This document shows positions 9,280 to 20,873 of a DNA stretch of 64,000 bases, one piece after another. This DNA comes from an uncultured Actinomycetota bacterium (lineage in GTDB: Bacteria > Actinomycetota > Actinomycetes > JAHEKZ01), in assembly GCA_963718235.1 (NCBI GenBank), contig CAVQYR010000001.1:736001-800000 (forward strand), given 5' to 3'. Below the pieces are notes generated by a model. That model had not been told where the DNA came from. It saw nothing but the letters and a program-made list of their open reading frames with translations, and searched no databases. The number at the start of each line of letters is the position of its first letter. Position 1 is the first letter of the stretch. Made by a program: the position numbers and the translations under genes.

Positions 9280-9891
9280 GTGACCACAGTCTTGGTGTGC
9301 GACGACTCGCCGCTGGCGCGTGAGACACTGCGCCGCGCGGTTGCCGGCGTGCCCGGGGTGGACCGAGTGACCGTGGCCGGAAGCGGCGAGGAGGTGCTCA
9401 GCCGCTGGGCGGGTGAGCGGCCCGACCTGGTCCTGATGGACGTCCGGATGCCCGGGCTCGGTGGGGTCGAGGCCTCCCGTCGACTCGTGGCCACCTACCC
9501 CGAGGCCTCGGTGATGATGCTGACGATGGCCGAGGACCAAGACGGCGTGGCCCGAGCGGTCACCAGCGGCGCCCGGGGGTACCTGGTCAAGGACGCCACC
9601 CGTGAGGAGCTCACCGCGACGTTGTCCTACGCCCTGGCGGAGGCGTCCTGGCGGCGCTCGCCGCGCCGGGCGCGTCCCGCCGAGATGGGCACCCCTCCGG
9701 CCCTCACCGAACGCGAGCTGCAGGTGCTGACCGGCATGGGGCGCGGGCGGAGCAACGCCGAGATCGGCCGCGAGCTGTACCTGTCGGAGGACACCGTCAA
9801 GACCCACGCCCGTCGGCTGTTCCGCAAGCTTGGTGCTGCCGACCGGGCACAGGCCGTGGCGCTCGGCTTTCGTTGGGGTCTCGTGCGCTGA
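9280..9891 (+). CDS. bldM: Orphan NarL/LuxR response regulator BldM
   Basis: 203 aa; TTVLVCDDSPLARE, LMDVRMPGLGGVE, LSEDTVKTHARRLF, AVALGFRWGLVR closely match Streptomyces BldM; whiD-bldM-guaB synteny; RBS GGAGG. Confidence 0.9.
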   Translation: MTTVLVCDDSPLARETLRRAVAGVPGVDRVTVAGSGEEVLSRWAGERPDLVLMDVRMPGLGGVEASRRLVATYPEASVMMLTMAEDQDGVARAVTSGARGYLVKDATREELTATLSYALAEASWRRSPRRARPAEMGTPPALTERELQVLTGMGRGRSNAEIGRELYLSEDTVKTHARRLFRKLGAADRAQAVALGFRWGLVR

Positions 9892-9944
9892 CCGCGCCGT
9901 CAACCCGGCACCGGGAACAACCGGGGCCAGCCCGTAGGATGTGA

Positions 9945-11480
<1,536 letters not shown>

Positions 11481-11491
11481 AGAGAGCAGCC

Positions 11492-12601
11492 ATGGCCGAG
11501 ATCGAGATCGGGCGGGGTAAGCGCGGGCGCGAGGCGTACCGGTTCGACGACATCGCGATCGTCCCGCACCGGCGCACGCGCGACCCCGAAGAGGTCTCGC
11601 TGGCCTGGCAGATCGACGCCTACCGGTTCGAGCTGCCCCTCATGGCCGCACCGATGGACAGCGTGGTCTCACCACAGACGGCGATCACGATCGGCCGGTG
11701 CGGCGGTGTCGGCGTCCTGAACCTCGAAGGCCTGTGGACCCGCTATGACGACCCGGCCCCACTCCTCGACGAGATCGCTGGACTGCCGGCGGGTGAGTAC
11801 ACCGCCAGGATGCAGGAGGTCTACAGCGCACCGATCCGCGAGGACCTCATCGTCGAGCGGATTGCAGAGGTGAGACGGTCCGGGGTCACCACCGCTGCGG
11901 CCCTGTCCCCCCAGCGCACCAAGCAGTTCTGGAAGACCGTCGTCGACGCCGGGGTCGACCTGTTCGTCATCCGCGGCACGACGGTGTCGGCAGAGCACGT
12001 CTCCGGCCAGGCCGAACCGCTCAACCTCAAGCAGTTCATCTACGAGCTCGACGTCCCGGTGGTGGTCGGCGGCGTGGCGACGTACACCGGCGCCCTTCAC
12101 CTCATGCGCACCGGTGCCGCGGGCGTGCTCGTCGGCTTCGGCGGCGGCGCGGCCCACACCACTGCTGACGTCCTTGGCGTGGCGGTACCGATGGCGAGCG
12201 CAGTGGCCGACGTGGCTGCGGCTCGCCGCGACTACCTCGACGAGTCTGGGGGGCGCTACGTGCACGTCATCGCCGACGGCGGGGTCGGGCGCAGCGGCGA
12301 CCTCGCCAAGGCGATCGCCTGCGGAGCCGACGCCGTCATGATGGGCTCGCCGCTGGCCCGTGCCTCAGACGCACCGGGCGGGGGCTACCACTGGGGGGTG
12401 GAGGCCCACCACGGCGAGGTCCCCCGGGGTGAACGGGTGCATGTCGGCACGGTCGGCACCCTCGAGCAGGTCCTGCTCGGGCCGTCGAGCGCACCAGACG
12501 GCTCGATGAACCTCTTCGGTGCGTTGCGCCGCGCCATGGCGACCACCGGCTACTCCGACCTGAAGAACTTCCAGCGGGTCGAGATCACGGTCTCCGCCTG
12601 A
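11492..12601 (+). CDS. guaB3: GuaB3-family IMP dehydrogenase-related protein
   Basis: MAEIEIGRGK, DDIAIVP.RRTRDP, APMDSV, LHLMRTGAAGVLVG, VIADGG. Confidence 0.92.
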   Translation: MAEIEIGRGKRGREAYRFDDIAIVPHRRTRDPEEVSLAWQIDAYRFELPLMAAPMDSVVSPQTAITIGRCGGVGVLNLEGLWTRYDDPAPLLDEIAGLPAGEYTARMQEVYSAPIREDLIVERIAEVRRSGVTTAAALSPQRTKQFWKTVVDAGVDLFVIRGTTVSAEHVSGQAEPLNLKQFIYELDVPVVVGGVATYTGALHLMRTGAAGVLVGFGGGAAHTTADVLGVAVPMASAVADVAAARRDYLDESGGRYVHVIADGGVGRSGDLAKAIACGADAVMMGSPLARASDAPGGGYHWGVEAHHGEVPRGERVHVGTVGTLEQVLLGPSSAPDGSMNLFGALRRAMATTGYSDLKNFQRVEITVSA

Positions 12602-12621
12602 GCACCGGACGCCTCGACCCC

Positions 12622-14226
12622 GTGCAGCGCACCCGCGCGCTGCACGAGCTGACGCACGGACGCGTCGACGTGCTGGTCGTCGGGGGAGGTGTCGTCGGGG
12701 CCGGTGCCGCCCTCGACGCGGCCAGCCGAGGTCTCACCGTGGGCCTGCTCGAGCAGGACGACTGGGCGAGCGGTACGTCGTCTCGGTCCTCCCGACTCGC
12801 CCACGGCGGCCTGCGCTACCTCGAGCAGCGGGAGTTCGGTCTCGTGCACGAGGCGTTGACCGAGCGGGGGCTCCTGCTGGAGCACCTCGCCCCCCATCTC
12901 GTCCGCCCGGTGCGCTTCGTCTTCCCCCTGGCCACCGGCTGGGAGCGGCCCTACGTCGGCGCGGGCGTCGCGCTGTACGACGTGCTGGCGCGGTTCGGGG
13001 CCCGCTCGGGCACGTTGCCCGGCCACCGGCACCTGAGCCGACGGGCGGCGCTGCGCCTGTTCCCTGCGCTGAACCCCGAGTCGCTCGCCGGTGCGATCAC
13101 CTTCTTCGACGCCCAGATCGACGACGCACGGCACACGCTGGCGACCGTGCGGACCGCGGTGCGTCACGGCACCCACGCCGTGTCGCGGATGCAGGTCACC
13201 GACCTGATCCGACAAGGGGATGGCGTCGTCGGTGTCCGGGCGCTCGACCGCGTCGCCGGCACGGCCGTGGAGATCAGGGCCCGTGCGGTCGTCTTCGCCA
13301 CGGGGGTGTGGGGTCCGGTCGGCCTGGCGGCGCCGACGACCGTGGCGCCGAGCAAGGGGGTCCACCTCGTGGTGCCGAAGTCGGCCGTCGTCGCGCACAC
13401 GGCACTCATCGCCCGCACCGGTTCGAGTGTGCTGTTCTGCCTGCCCTGGGAGCAGCACTGGCTGATCGGGACGACCGACACCCCGTGGACGGGTCGGCTC
13501 GGCGTCAACGAGGACGACGTGCGCGCCAGCGACGACGACATCGACTACCTGCTCGACGAGGCGAACCGGTGGCTGCGCCGTCCACTGACCCGGTCCGACG
13601 TCGTCGGCGTCTACGCGGGGCTCCGACCCCTCGTCTCCGACGAGCCCGCGAGCGACACGACCCGGGTCTCCCGCGAGCACCAGGTGAGTCGGCTGGCCCC
13701 CGGCCTGGTGTCCGTGGCCGGCGGCAAGTACACGACCTACCGGGTCATGGCGGCCGATGTGATCGACGCCGCCGTCGCCGAGCTGCCGCAGGACCGCCGG
13801 CCCGGGCCGTCGCGGACTGCGGCGCTGCCGCTGGTAGGGGCCGACGACTTCGCCGCACTCTGGCAGGACCGCCACCGGCTGGCCCTCGAGCACGGCCAGC
13901 CGGTGGCCGTCGTGGAGCACCTGCTGCGGCGGCACGGCGACCAGGTGGTCGACGTGCTCGACCTGGCCGACGCGACCGCCGGGCTCGGCCGCCCCGTCGC
14001 GCCGGGTGTGGGGTACCTCGAGGCGGAGGTCGTGCACGCGGCCGCCGAGGAGGGCGCGATGGAGGTCGCAGACGTGGTGAGTCGGCGCACCCGGATGAGT
14101 ACCGAGGTTGCGGATGCCGCGCGCCCATTGGCCCGCACCGTGGCCGGCTTGATGGCGCCGGTCCTGGGGTGGTCCGCGGACGACGTCGATGCGGCGACGG
14201 CCGAGTATGTCGGCCGTGAGCACTGA
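12622..14226 (+). CDS. glpD: FAD-dependent glycerol-3-phosphate dehydrogenase/oxidase
   Basis: VVGGGVVG, SGTSSRSSRLAHGGLRYL, IGTTDT, YAGLRPL, GGKYTTYRVMA; true start may be 12598. Confidence 0.9.
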   Translation: MQRTRALHELTHGRVDVLVVGGGVVGAGAALDAASRGLTVGLLEQDDWASGTSSRSSRLAHGGLRYLEQREFGLVHEALTERGLLLEHLAPHLVRPVRFVFPLATGWERPYVGAGVALYDVLARFGARSGTLPGHRHLSRRAALRLFPALNPESLAGAITFFDAQIDDARHTLATVRTAVRHGTHAVSRMQVTDLIRQGDGVVGVRALDRVAGTAVEIRARAVVFATGVWGPVGLAAPTTVAPSKGVHLVVPKSAVVAHTALIARTGSSVLFCLPWEQHWLIGTTDTPWTGRLGVNEDDVRASDDDIDYLLDEANRWLRRPLTRSDVVGVYAGLRPLVSDEPASDTTRVSREHQVSRLAPGLVSVAGGKYTTYRVMAADVIDAAVAELPQDRRPGPSRTAALPLVGADDFAALWQDRHRLALEHGQPVAVVEHLLRRHGDQVVDVLDLADATAGLGRPVAPGVGYLEAEVVHAAAEEGAMEVADVVSRRTRMSTEVADAARPLARTVAGLMAPVLGWSADDVDAATAEYVGREH

Positions 14227-14240
14227 CCTACGCTGCTGGC

Positions 14241-15797
14241 ATGAGCCTTCCCGAGTCGCTGCAGCCTGAGCGGCTCGGTCGACTCACCCGGTTCGTCGTG
14301 CACGGTCCACATGCCGCGGTGACCACCCCTGTGGCCGCCTTCACCGGTCTGCCGACCGTGCCGGTGCCGTTGTCGAGCGACGACGCACTGGACGTCGCCT
14401 TCGCCACGGCTCGGAGGGCTCAGCGGGCGTGGGTGCGCCGGCCGCTCGCGGAACGGGTCGCAGTCGTCCGACGCGCCCAGCGGTTGGTGCTGCAGCGCCG
14501 TGAGCGGCTGATCGACCTGGTCCAGTACGAGGCGGGCAAGGCGCGCCTGCACGCCTTCGAAGAGACCATCGACGTGGCCATCAATGCCGGCTACTACTCG
14601 CGCCGGGCGGCGTCCTTCCTCGGCCCCTACGGGCTGCGTGGGTTCGTCCCCGTACTGACGACCGCCACGGCGTACCACCAGCCCAAGGGAGTGGTGGCGA
14701 TGATCACTCCCTGGAACTACCCGCTGACCCTGGCTCTCTCGGACTCGATCCCCGCGCTGCTCGCCGGCAACGCGGTCGTGGTCAAGCCCGACCTGCAGAC
14801 CCCGTTCTGCGCCCTGGCCGGTGCCGAGCTCCTCGCCGATGCCGGGCTCCCCGAGGGTCTCTACCAGGTCGTGCTCGGTCCTGGCCCGCACGTCGGACAG
14901 GCGCTGGTCGAGCGAGCCGACTTCGTGGCCTTCACCGGTTCGACCGACGTCGGCCGCACGGTGGCCGAGCACGCCGGGCGACGTCTGATCGGCTGCAGCC
15001 TGGAGCTTGGCGGCAAGAACGCCGCCCTCGTGCTGCCCGACGCTCCGGTCTCCAGGAGTGTCGAGGGCGTCGTCCGCAGCATCTACTCCAGCGCCGGCCA
15101 GCTGTGTGTCTCGATGGAGCGGGTCTACGTCGACGACGCGATCTACGACCGCTTCGTCCCTGCCCTGGTGCGGGCCGTCGAGGCACTGAGGCTGGGGTCG
15201 GACTTCGACTACACCGCGGACATGGGATCGCTCGTCGGAGCCGCGCAGCTGCGCCAGGTCCAGCAGCACGTCGACGACGCCGTCGCCAAGGGGGCGACAG
15301 TGCTTGCCGGCGGGCGTCCGCGGCCCGACCTGGGTCCGCACTTCTTCGAGCCCACCCTGCTCACCGACGTGACCGAGGCCATGGAGGTGTGCGCCAGCGA
15401 GACCTTCGGGCCGGTCGCCACCCTGTACCGCGTGGGCGGCACGCAGGAGGCCATCGACGCAGCCAACATGACGACGTACGGGCTGAGTGCGAACATCTGG
15501 ACCGGTGACCGGCAGGAGGGTCGTCGCGTCGCGAACGCACTTCGGGCCGGGTCGGTCAGCGTGAACGAGACCTACGCCGCCTTCTGGGGCAGCATCGACG
15601 GCCCGATGGGTGGCATGGACGACAGCGGTCTCGGGCGACGGCACGGCCGCGAGGGGATGGTCAAGTACACCGATCCGCAGACGGTCGCCGTCCAGCGGTG
15701 GCGTGGTTTTGCGGTTCCGCGCGGGGTGTCCCAGCGGCGCTTCGCCGACGGCATGACCCTCGGCATCCGGCTGCTGGACCGACTGGGTCGACCGTGA
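14241..15797 (+). CDS. gabD: Succinate-semialdehyde dehydrogenase-like aldehyde dehydrogenase
   Basis: PWNYP, FTGST, LELGGKN, AGQLCVS, ETFGPV; TACGCT-N6-ATG. Confidence 0.85.
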   Translation: MSLPESLQPERLGRLTRFVVHGPHAAVTTPVAAFTGLPTVPVPLSSDDALDVAFATARRAQRAWVRRPLAERVAVVRRAQRLVLQRRERLIDLVQYEAGKARLHAFEETIDVAINAGYYSRRAASFLGPYGLRGFVPVLTTATAYHQPKGVVAMITPWNYPLTLALSDSIPALLAGNAVVVKPDLQTPFCALAGAELLADAGLPEGLYQVVLGPGPHVGQALVERADFVAFTGSTDVGRTVAEHAGRRLIGCSLELGGKNAALVLPDAPVSRSVEGVVRSIYSSAGQLCVSMERVYVDDAIYDRFVPALVRAVEALRLGSDFDYTADMGSLVGAAQLRQVQQHVDDAVAKGATVLAGGRPRPDLGPHFFEPTLLTDVTEAMEVCASETFGPVATLYRVGGTQEAIDAANMTTYGLSANIWTGDRQEGRRVANALRAGSVSVNETYAAFWGSIDGPMGGMDDSGLGRRHGREGMVKYTDPQTVAVQRWRGFAVPRGVSQRRFADGMTLGIRLLDRLGRP

Positions 15798-17470
15798 GCG
15801 GAGCGCTCTACGACGTCGTCGTCATCGGGTCGGGGTTCGGTGGTTCGGTCGCTGCCCTCCGGCTGGCCGAGAAGGGCTATCGGGTCGCGGTCGTCGAGGC
15901 TGGCCGTCGGTTCGGCGACGACGACTTCCCGAAGACGTCCTGGGACATTCGCAACTTCCTGTGGGCCCCAGCCCTGGGGTGCAAGGGGATCCAGCGCATC
16001 CACCTGCTGCGCAACGTCGTGGTTCTCGCCGGGGCGGGGGTCGGTGGTGGGTCACTGAACTATGCCAACACCCTGTACGAGCCGCTCGAGGACTTCTACC
16101 AGGACCCACAGTGGCGGCACATCACCGACTGGCGCGAGGAGCTCGCTCCCTTCTACGACCAGGCGAAGCGGATGCTTGGCGCCACGGTGAACCCGACCAT
16201 GACCCCGTCGGACGAGGTGATGGCTGAGGTCGCCGAGCAGATGGGGGTCGCCGACACGTTCCATCGAACCCCAGTGGCCGTGTACTTCGGCCGTCCCAGG
16301 GTCACGGTCGACGACCCGTTCTTCGGGGGCAGCGGGCCTCGGCGCACCGGGTGCGAGGAGTGCGGTTCGTGCATGACCGGCTGCAGGCACGGCGCCAAGA
16401 ACACCCTGGACACCAACTACCTGCACCTTGCCGAGCGGTTGGGAGCGCGCATCTTCGCCGAGACGACGGCCACGTCGGTGCGAACCCTGCCCGAAGGTGG
16501 CTACGCCGTAGACACGAGACGTTCCGGAGGGCTCGGCCGGGTCGGGCGCCGGACCTTCACCGCCGACCAGGTGGTCGTGGCCGCTGGCACCTACAACACG
16601 CTGCGACTCCTCCTGACCATGAAAGCCAACGGATCACTGCCACTGCTCTCCGAGCACCTCGGTGTGCTCAGCCGCACCAACTCCGAGGCGCTGGTCGGCG
16701 CGGTCTCCCAGCGCGACGACGTCGACTTCACCCGTGGGGTGGCGATCACCTCATCGTTCCACCCCGACCCCCGGACGCACGTCGAGCCGGTCCGCTACGG
16801 CCGTGGCAGCAACGCGATGGCACTCCTGTCGTCGTTCCGGCCGGACGGGGACGAACCCACGCTGCGCGACTGGGTGCGCGAGGCGCTGCGCGCACCCGGT
16901 CGACTGGGCCGGGCCCTCGACATCCGGGGCTGGTCCGAGCGGTCGATCATCGTGCTGGCCATGCAGAGCGCGGACAACTCCTTGACCGTGTCGATGCGCC
17001 GGGGGCCCTTCGGCCGGTGGATGACCTCACGGCAGGGCCACGGTGACCCCAACCCGACCTCGTTGCCGCAGGCCGACGAGGTCGCGTCACGAGCCGCGGC
17101 CCTGATCGGGGGAGAGGCGCACGTGGCGTTCGGCTCGCTCGTCGGTGCACCGATGACCGCGCACTTCATCGGTGGGTGCGTCATGGGCGAGACCGGCGAT
17201 GACGGCGTTGTCGACCCGTGGCTCCGGGTCCATGGCTACCCGGGGCTGCACGTCGTCGACGGTGCAGCGGTGTCGGCCAACCTCGGGGTCAACCCCGCCC
17301 TCACGATCACCGCTCAGGCGGAGCGGGCGATGGCGCTGTGGCCCAACAAGGGCGAGCCGGACCCTCGACCTTCTCCGGGCAGCGCATACCGCCGGGTCGA
17401 GCCGGTGCGACCGGTGCGCCCGGCCGTTCCGGAGTTCGCGCCCGGGGCGCTGCGGCTGCCCGCAGGCTGA
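15794..17470 (+). CDS. choD: GMC oxidoreductase, cholesterol oxidase ChoD-like
   Basis: VIGSGFGGSV, GVGGGSL.YAN, C-x2-C-x2-C-x3-C, TAHFIGG, NLGVNPALTITAQAERAM. Confidence 0.85.
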   Translation: MSGALYDVVVIGSGFGGSVAALRLAEKGYRVAVVEAGRRFGDDDFPKTSWDIRNFLWAPALGCKGIQRIHLLRNVVVLAGAGVGGGSLNYANTLYEPLEDFYQDPQWRHITDWREELAPFYDQAKRMLGATVNPTMTPSDEVMAEVAEQMGVADTFHRTPVAVYFGRPRVTVDDPFFGGSGPRRTGCEECGSCMTGCRHGAKNTLDTNYLHLAERLGARIFAETTATSVRTLPEGGYAVDTRRSGGLGRVGRRTFTADQVVVAAGTYNTLRLLLTMKANGSLPLLSEHLGVLSRTNSEALVGAVSQRDDVDFTRGVAITSSFHPDPRTHVEPVRYGRGSNAMALLSSFRPDGDEPTLRDWVREALRAPGRLGRALDIRGWSERSIIVLAMQSADNSLTVSMRRGPFGRWMTSRQGHGDPNPTSLPQADEVASRAAALIGGEAHVAFGSLVGAPMTAHFIGGCVMGETGDDGVVDPWLRVHGYPGLHVVDGAAVSANLGVNPALTITAQAERAMALWPNKGEPDPRPSPGSAYRRVEPVRPVRPAVPEFAPGALRLPAG

Positions 17471-17518
17471 CGCCCTTGTTGGCTGAGGGCGAGCCGGACC
17501 CCGCGACCTCGATCGGCC

Positions 17519-18640
17519 TCAGGGGCTTGGCGTCGTCGACTCGACGGAGAGCACTCGGTAGCGCCCGGCAGCGTCACTGACATCGGACACCCACAGGGTG
17601 CTGCCGTCCAACGTGACGCCCACGAACTCGAAGGGGTCGTCGGTGGTCAGCACCGCTCCGACGGTGCGCGAGTCCAGGTCGAGCCGGGTCAGCGGAGCTC
17701 CGCCCGAGGTTCCGACCCACGCAGCATCACCCGAGGTCGTGAGGTCGCCGAAGTAGTCTGGTCTCACGTCGTACGACGCGGTCACGTCAAGGCCGTCGGG
17801 GTCGACCTCGGCGACGCCTTGGTCGCCTCCGATCAGCAGATGTCGATCGACGGCGACGTAGCGCCCGCCCGGCCACGGCACGGTTCCGGTCACGTCGCGG
17901 GAGACCGGGTCAACCCGAACCAGACCGAGATCGTGGCAGGCCACCCACACGGCGTTCAGGCCAGCGGCGACGTTGTCACACGATGTCGCCGGCAGCGCGA
18001 TTGGCGCTCCGACCTCCTCACCAGATGTGGCATCCAGTGAGTGCAGCGTGGCTTGGTCCTCGCCGATCAACCACAGCCGGTCGTCCAGGTCCGGGATGCG
18101 CAGCTGGTCGGGGTGACCGGCGAACGAGACCGTGCGTGTGCGACCCTGCGGGGTCAACCGGACGTAGGTTCCCGGCCGCCGGCACGCCCAGATCGCCGTG
18201 TCGGTCGAGCCGATGCCCTCGCACCCGAGAGGTGCAGGCAGGTCGGTCGGGTACGTCCGCTCCACCTTGCCGGTCGTCGGGTCCAGCCTGACCAGATCCC
18301 CTGGCCCGGACTTGAACCAGACGGACCCGAACGCAACCTCGGCGACCCCGGGCTTGCCCGCCTTGGTCACGGTGAGGACCTGTTCGGCCAGTGTCGTGGT
18401 GCGAGTCCCGGTCGCGCTGATGGGCGTACCGGTGTCGACGGGAGTACTCACGGAGCTTCCCGGCGTCGTGGCGTCCTCGCTGCACCCCGCAACCAGGATC
18501 GCGACGCACGCCGTTGCACCCAGCAGGGATGCCCTCAACCCAAGACCACGTGTCCCCGTTCGGCTCCGCGCGGCGGACACCGATACGTCTGGCAAATCCC
18601 CGCCGGAGGTATCGACTCCCGACTTGGTCAACCGCGTCAT
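17519..18640 (-). CDS. Putative lipoprotein with beta-propeller (Vgb/PQQ-like) repeats
   Basis: Lipobox LVAGC, Thr/Ser-rich linker, repeated 'VWV....LVR.DP.T' blades; TAGCCT-N6-ATG on minus strand. Confidence 0.7.
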   Translation of the reverse strand: MTRLTKSGVDTSGGDLPDVSVSAARSRTGTRGLGLRASLLGATACVAILVAGCSEDATTPGSSVSTPVDTGTPISATGTRTTTLAEQVLTVTKAGKPGVAEVAFGSVWFKSGPGDLVRLDPTTGKVERTYPTDLPAPLGCEGIGSTDTAIWACRRPGTYVRLTPQGRTRTVSFAGHPDQLRIPDLDDRLWLIGEDQATLHSLDATSGEEVGAPIALPATSCDNVAAGLNAVWVACHDLGLVRVDPVSRDVTGTVPWPGGRYVAVDRHLLIGGDQGVAEVDPDGLDVTASYDVRPDYFGDLTTSGDAAWVGTSGGAPLTRLDLDSRTVGAVLTTDDPFEFVGVTLDGSTLWVSDVSDAAGRYRVLSVESTTPSP

Positions 18641-18732
18641 CCCGCGAGGCTAGCGGTCCTTGCGAGCCGGGACTCCCGACGGACGGACGTCACCATCGCC
18701 GGTACGATGGCGCCACCACGGAGGGAGTCGAC

Positions 18733-19626
18733 ATGAGAGTCGGCGTGCACCTGGTGAACTTCGGTCTGGCTGCCGGCACCTCGGCGATCGCGCCGACAAT
18801 GGCCGAGGCCGCCCGTGCGGCGGAGGAAGCCGGTGTGGACAACCTGTCGGTGATGGACCACTACTTCCAGATGGAGGGTATGGGTCTCGGCGACGCACCG
18901 GCACCCATGCTCGAGGCGTACACCACCTTGGGTTTCCTCGCCGCCAACACCAGAACCGTCGAGCTGCAGGCGCTGGTCACTGGCGTGACCTACCGACACC
19001 CCGGACTGCTCGCGAAGGTCGTGACGACCCTGGACGTCCTGTCCGGCGGGCGCGCGATGCTCGGGATCGGCGCCGGGTGGTACGAGCGCGAGCATCTCGG
19101 GCTCGGGGTGCCGTTCCCGCCATTGTCCGAGCGGTTCGAGCGGCTCGAGGAGACGCTGCAGATCGTCCTGCAGATGTGGAGCGACGACGAGGGACCGTAC
19201 GAGGGCGCGCACTACCGCCTCGCCGAGACCCTCTGCTCACCGCCGCCTCTGACCCGTCCGCACCCGCCGATCATGATCGGCGGTTCGGGAGAGAAGAAGA
19301 CGCTGCGTCTCGTGGCCCGGTACGCGGACGCGTGCAACCTCTTCGCGGGGCCGGACACCGACCCGGATGCGGTGAGAGCCAAGCTCGACGTGCTCGCCGG
19401 TCACTGCGCGAACGAGGGCACCGACGTGGCTCGCATCCGCAAGACGATCCTGTGGGCAGCGCCGCTGGACCCGACCACGAAGGCAGCGGCCGCCGACTTC
19501 ACCGAGCAGATGAAGAGGTACGCCGACATCGGCATCGTCGAGGTCCACGTCATGCCGTTCGACAACCCGATCGAATTCATCCGCGGCCTCGGCACGCACG
19601 TCGTCCCGGCCACCGGCCGCCTCTGA
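18733..19626 (+). CDS. LLM-class F420-dependent oxidoreductase
   Basis: SVMDHYFQM, EAYTTLGFLAA, TLDVLSGGR, GIGAGWYEREH, IGGSGEKKTLRLVA. Confidence 0.9.
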   Translation: MRVGVHLVNFGLAAGTSAIAPTMAEAARAAEEAGVDNLSVMDHYFQMEGMGLGDAPAPMLEAYTTLGFLAANTRTVELQALVTGVTYRHPGLLAKVVTTLDVLSGGRAMLGIGAGWYEREHLGLGVPFPPLSERFERLEETLQIVLQMWSDDEGPYEGAHYRLAETLCSPPPLTRPHPPIMIGGSGEKKTLRLVARYADACNLFAGPDTDPDAVRAKLDVLAGHCANEGTDVARIRKTILWAAPLDPTTKAAAADFTEQMKRYADIGIVEVHVMPFDNPIEFIRGLGTHVVPATGRL

Positions 19627-20393
19627 TGCGGACGACGTTCGGCAGGTCCGACGACCTGCGAGGCGCAGAGTTCATCCACGCGGACCTGAGCGGCGCCCGG
19701 TTGGTCGGGGTCGACCTGTCCGGCGTCGTGATGCGCGGAGTCACGGTGGACGGTGCGGACATCGACGCGCCGTGGCTCCTCGACGGCGACGGCTCGTTGT
19801 TGGTCAACGGCGTTGATGTGGCCCCCATCGTCGAGGCCGAGCTCAACCGGCGTTTCCCCGGACGTGCCGACCGGCGGGCCGCAGACCCCGACGGTCTACG
19901 CGAAGGCTGGGCAGCACTGGAGCGCGCTTGGGCGACCACCCTCGAGCGCGTCGAGGCGATGCCGGCCGGCACCGTCGACGTCTCGGTGGCCGGGGAATGG
20001 TCGTTCGCACAGACGCTGCGGCACCTGGTCCTTGCCACCGACGCATGGCTGGGCCGAGCGGTCCTGGAGATCGACCAGCCGTTCCACCCCCTTGGCCAGG
20101 CCGGCCCCCAGGCTGAGGACGACGGCCTGGACCTCTCGATTTTCGCGACGGGAAGGCCGTCGTACGACGAGGTGCTGCAGGTGCGAGCCGGCCGTGTTGC
20201 CATGGTGCGCGACTTCCTCGCCGCCGTCACAGCAGAAGAGCTGGCCACCATGCGGAGGAACCCGTGGGCCCCCGACTATCCGGAGACCACTCTCACCTGC
20301 CTGCACGTCATCCTCGAGGAGGAATGGGAGCACAACCGCTACGCCCTCCGCGATCTCGACGCAGTCGAGGGGGCTGTCAAGCCACCGGCATGA
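19626..20393 (+). CDS. Pentapeptide-repeat + DinB family protein
   Basis: DLRGAEF..ADLSGARL N-terminus; EWSFAQTLRHL, LHVILEEEWEH. Confidence 0.85.
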   Translation: MRTTFGRSDDLRGAEFIHADLSGARLVGVDLSGVVMRGVTVDGADIDAPWLLDGDGSLLVNGVDVAPIVEAELNRRFPGRADRRAADPDGLREGWAALERAWATTLERVEAMPAGTVDVSVAGEWSFAQTLRHLVLATDAWLGRAVLEIDQPFHPLGQAGPQAEDDGLDLSIFATGRPSYDEVLQVRAGRVAMVRDFLAAVTAEELATMRRNPWAPDYPETTLTCLHVILEEEWEHNRYALRDLDAVEGAVKPPA

Positions 20394-20441
20394 GGAGAAT
20401 GGTTCGGATCGGCGCCAACGGTTCTGGGGCATAGTTCGGCC

Positions 20442-20873
20442 ATGACGGTGTTGAACGCGGCCGGGCGCAATGTGATCGACTCTGGCGCTCTGGCTCATCT
20501 GGTGACGATCAACGAGGACGGCTCGCCGCAGGTCAGCGTGGTGTGGGTCGGTCTGGACGGCGATGAGCTGGTATCGGCCCATCTGGACGGGCGGCAGCGC
20601 AAGCTGCACAACCTGCGCCGTGACCCACGGGTGGTTGTCTCCTTCGAGGGGCATGATTCGAACGCGATCGGCATGCGGAACTACCTGGTAGTCCATGGGG
20701 TGGCGAGGATCACCGAGGGCGGCGCTCCAGAGCTGCTCCATCGGCTGGCACAGACCTACGTCGGGCCGGGCACGGTCTTCCCGCCTATGCCGGATCCTCC
20801 CCCGGGGTTCATCTCGCACATCACGATCAGCCGCGTCGGTGGCAGCGGCCCATGGATCGACGGGACGGACTAG
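20442..20873 (+). CDS. PPOX-class F420-dependent oxidoreductase
   Basis: LVTINEDGSPQVSVVW, KLHNLRRDPRV. Confidence 0.88.
   Translation: MTVLNAAGRNVIDSGALAHLVTINEDGSPQVSVVWVGLDGDELVSAHLDGRQRKLHNLRRDPRVVVSFEGHDSNAIGMRNYLVVHGVARITEGGAPELLHRLAQTYVGPGTVFPPMPDPPPGFISHITISRVGGSGPWIDGTD

Noticed and set aside
11492-12601. GuaB3 lacks the IMPDH catalytic Cys (GGGAAHTT), suggesting a pseudogene
   Set aside because: The ORF is intact and a divergent loop is usual for actinobacterial GuaB3.
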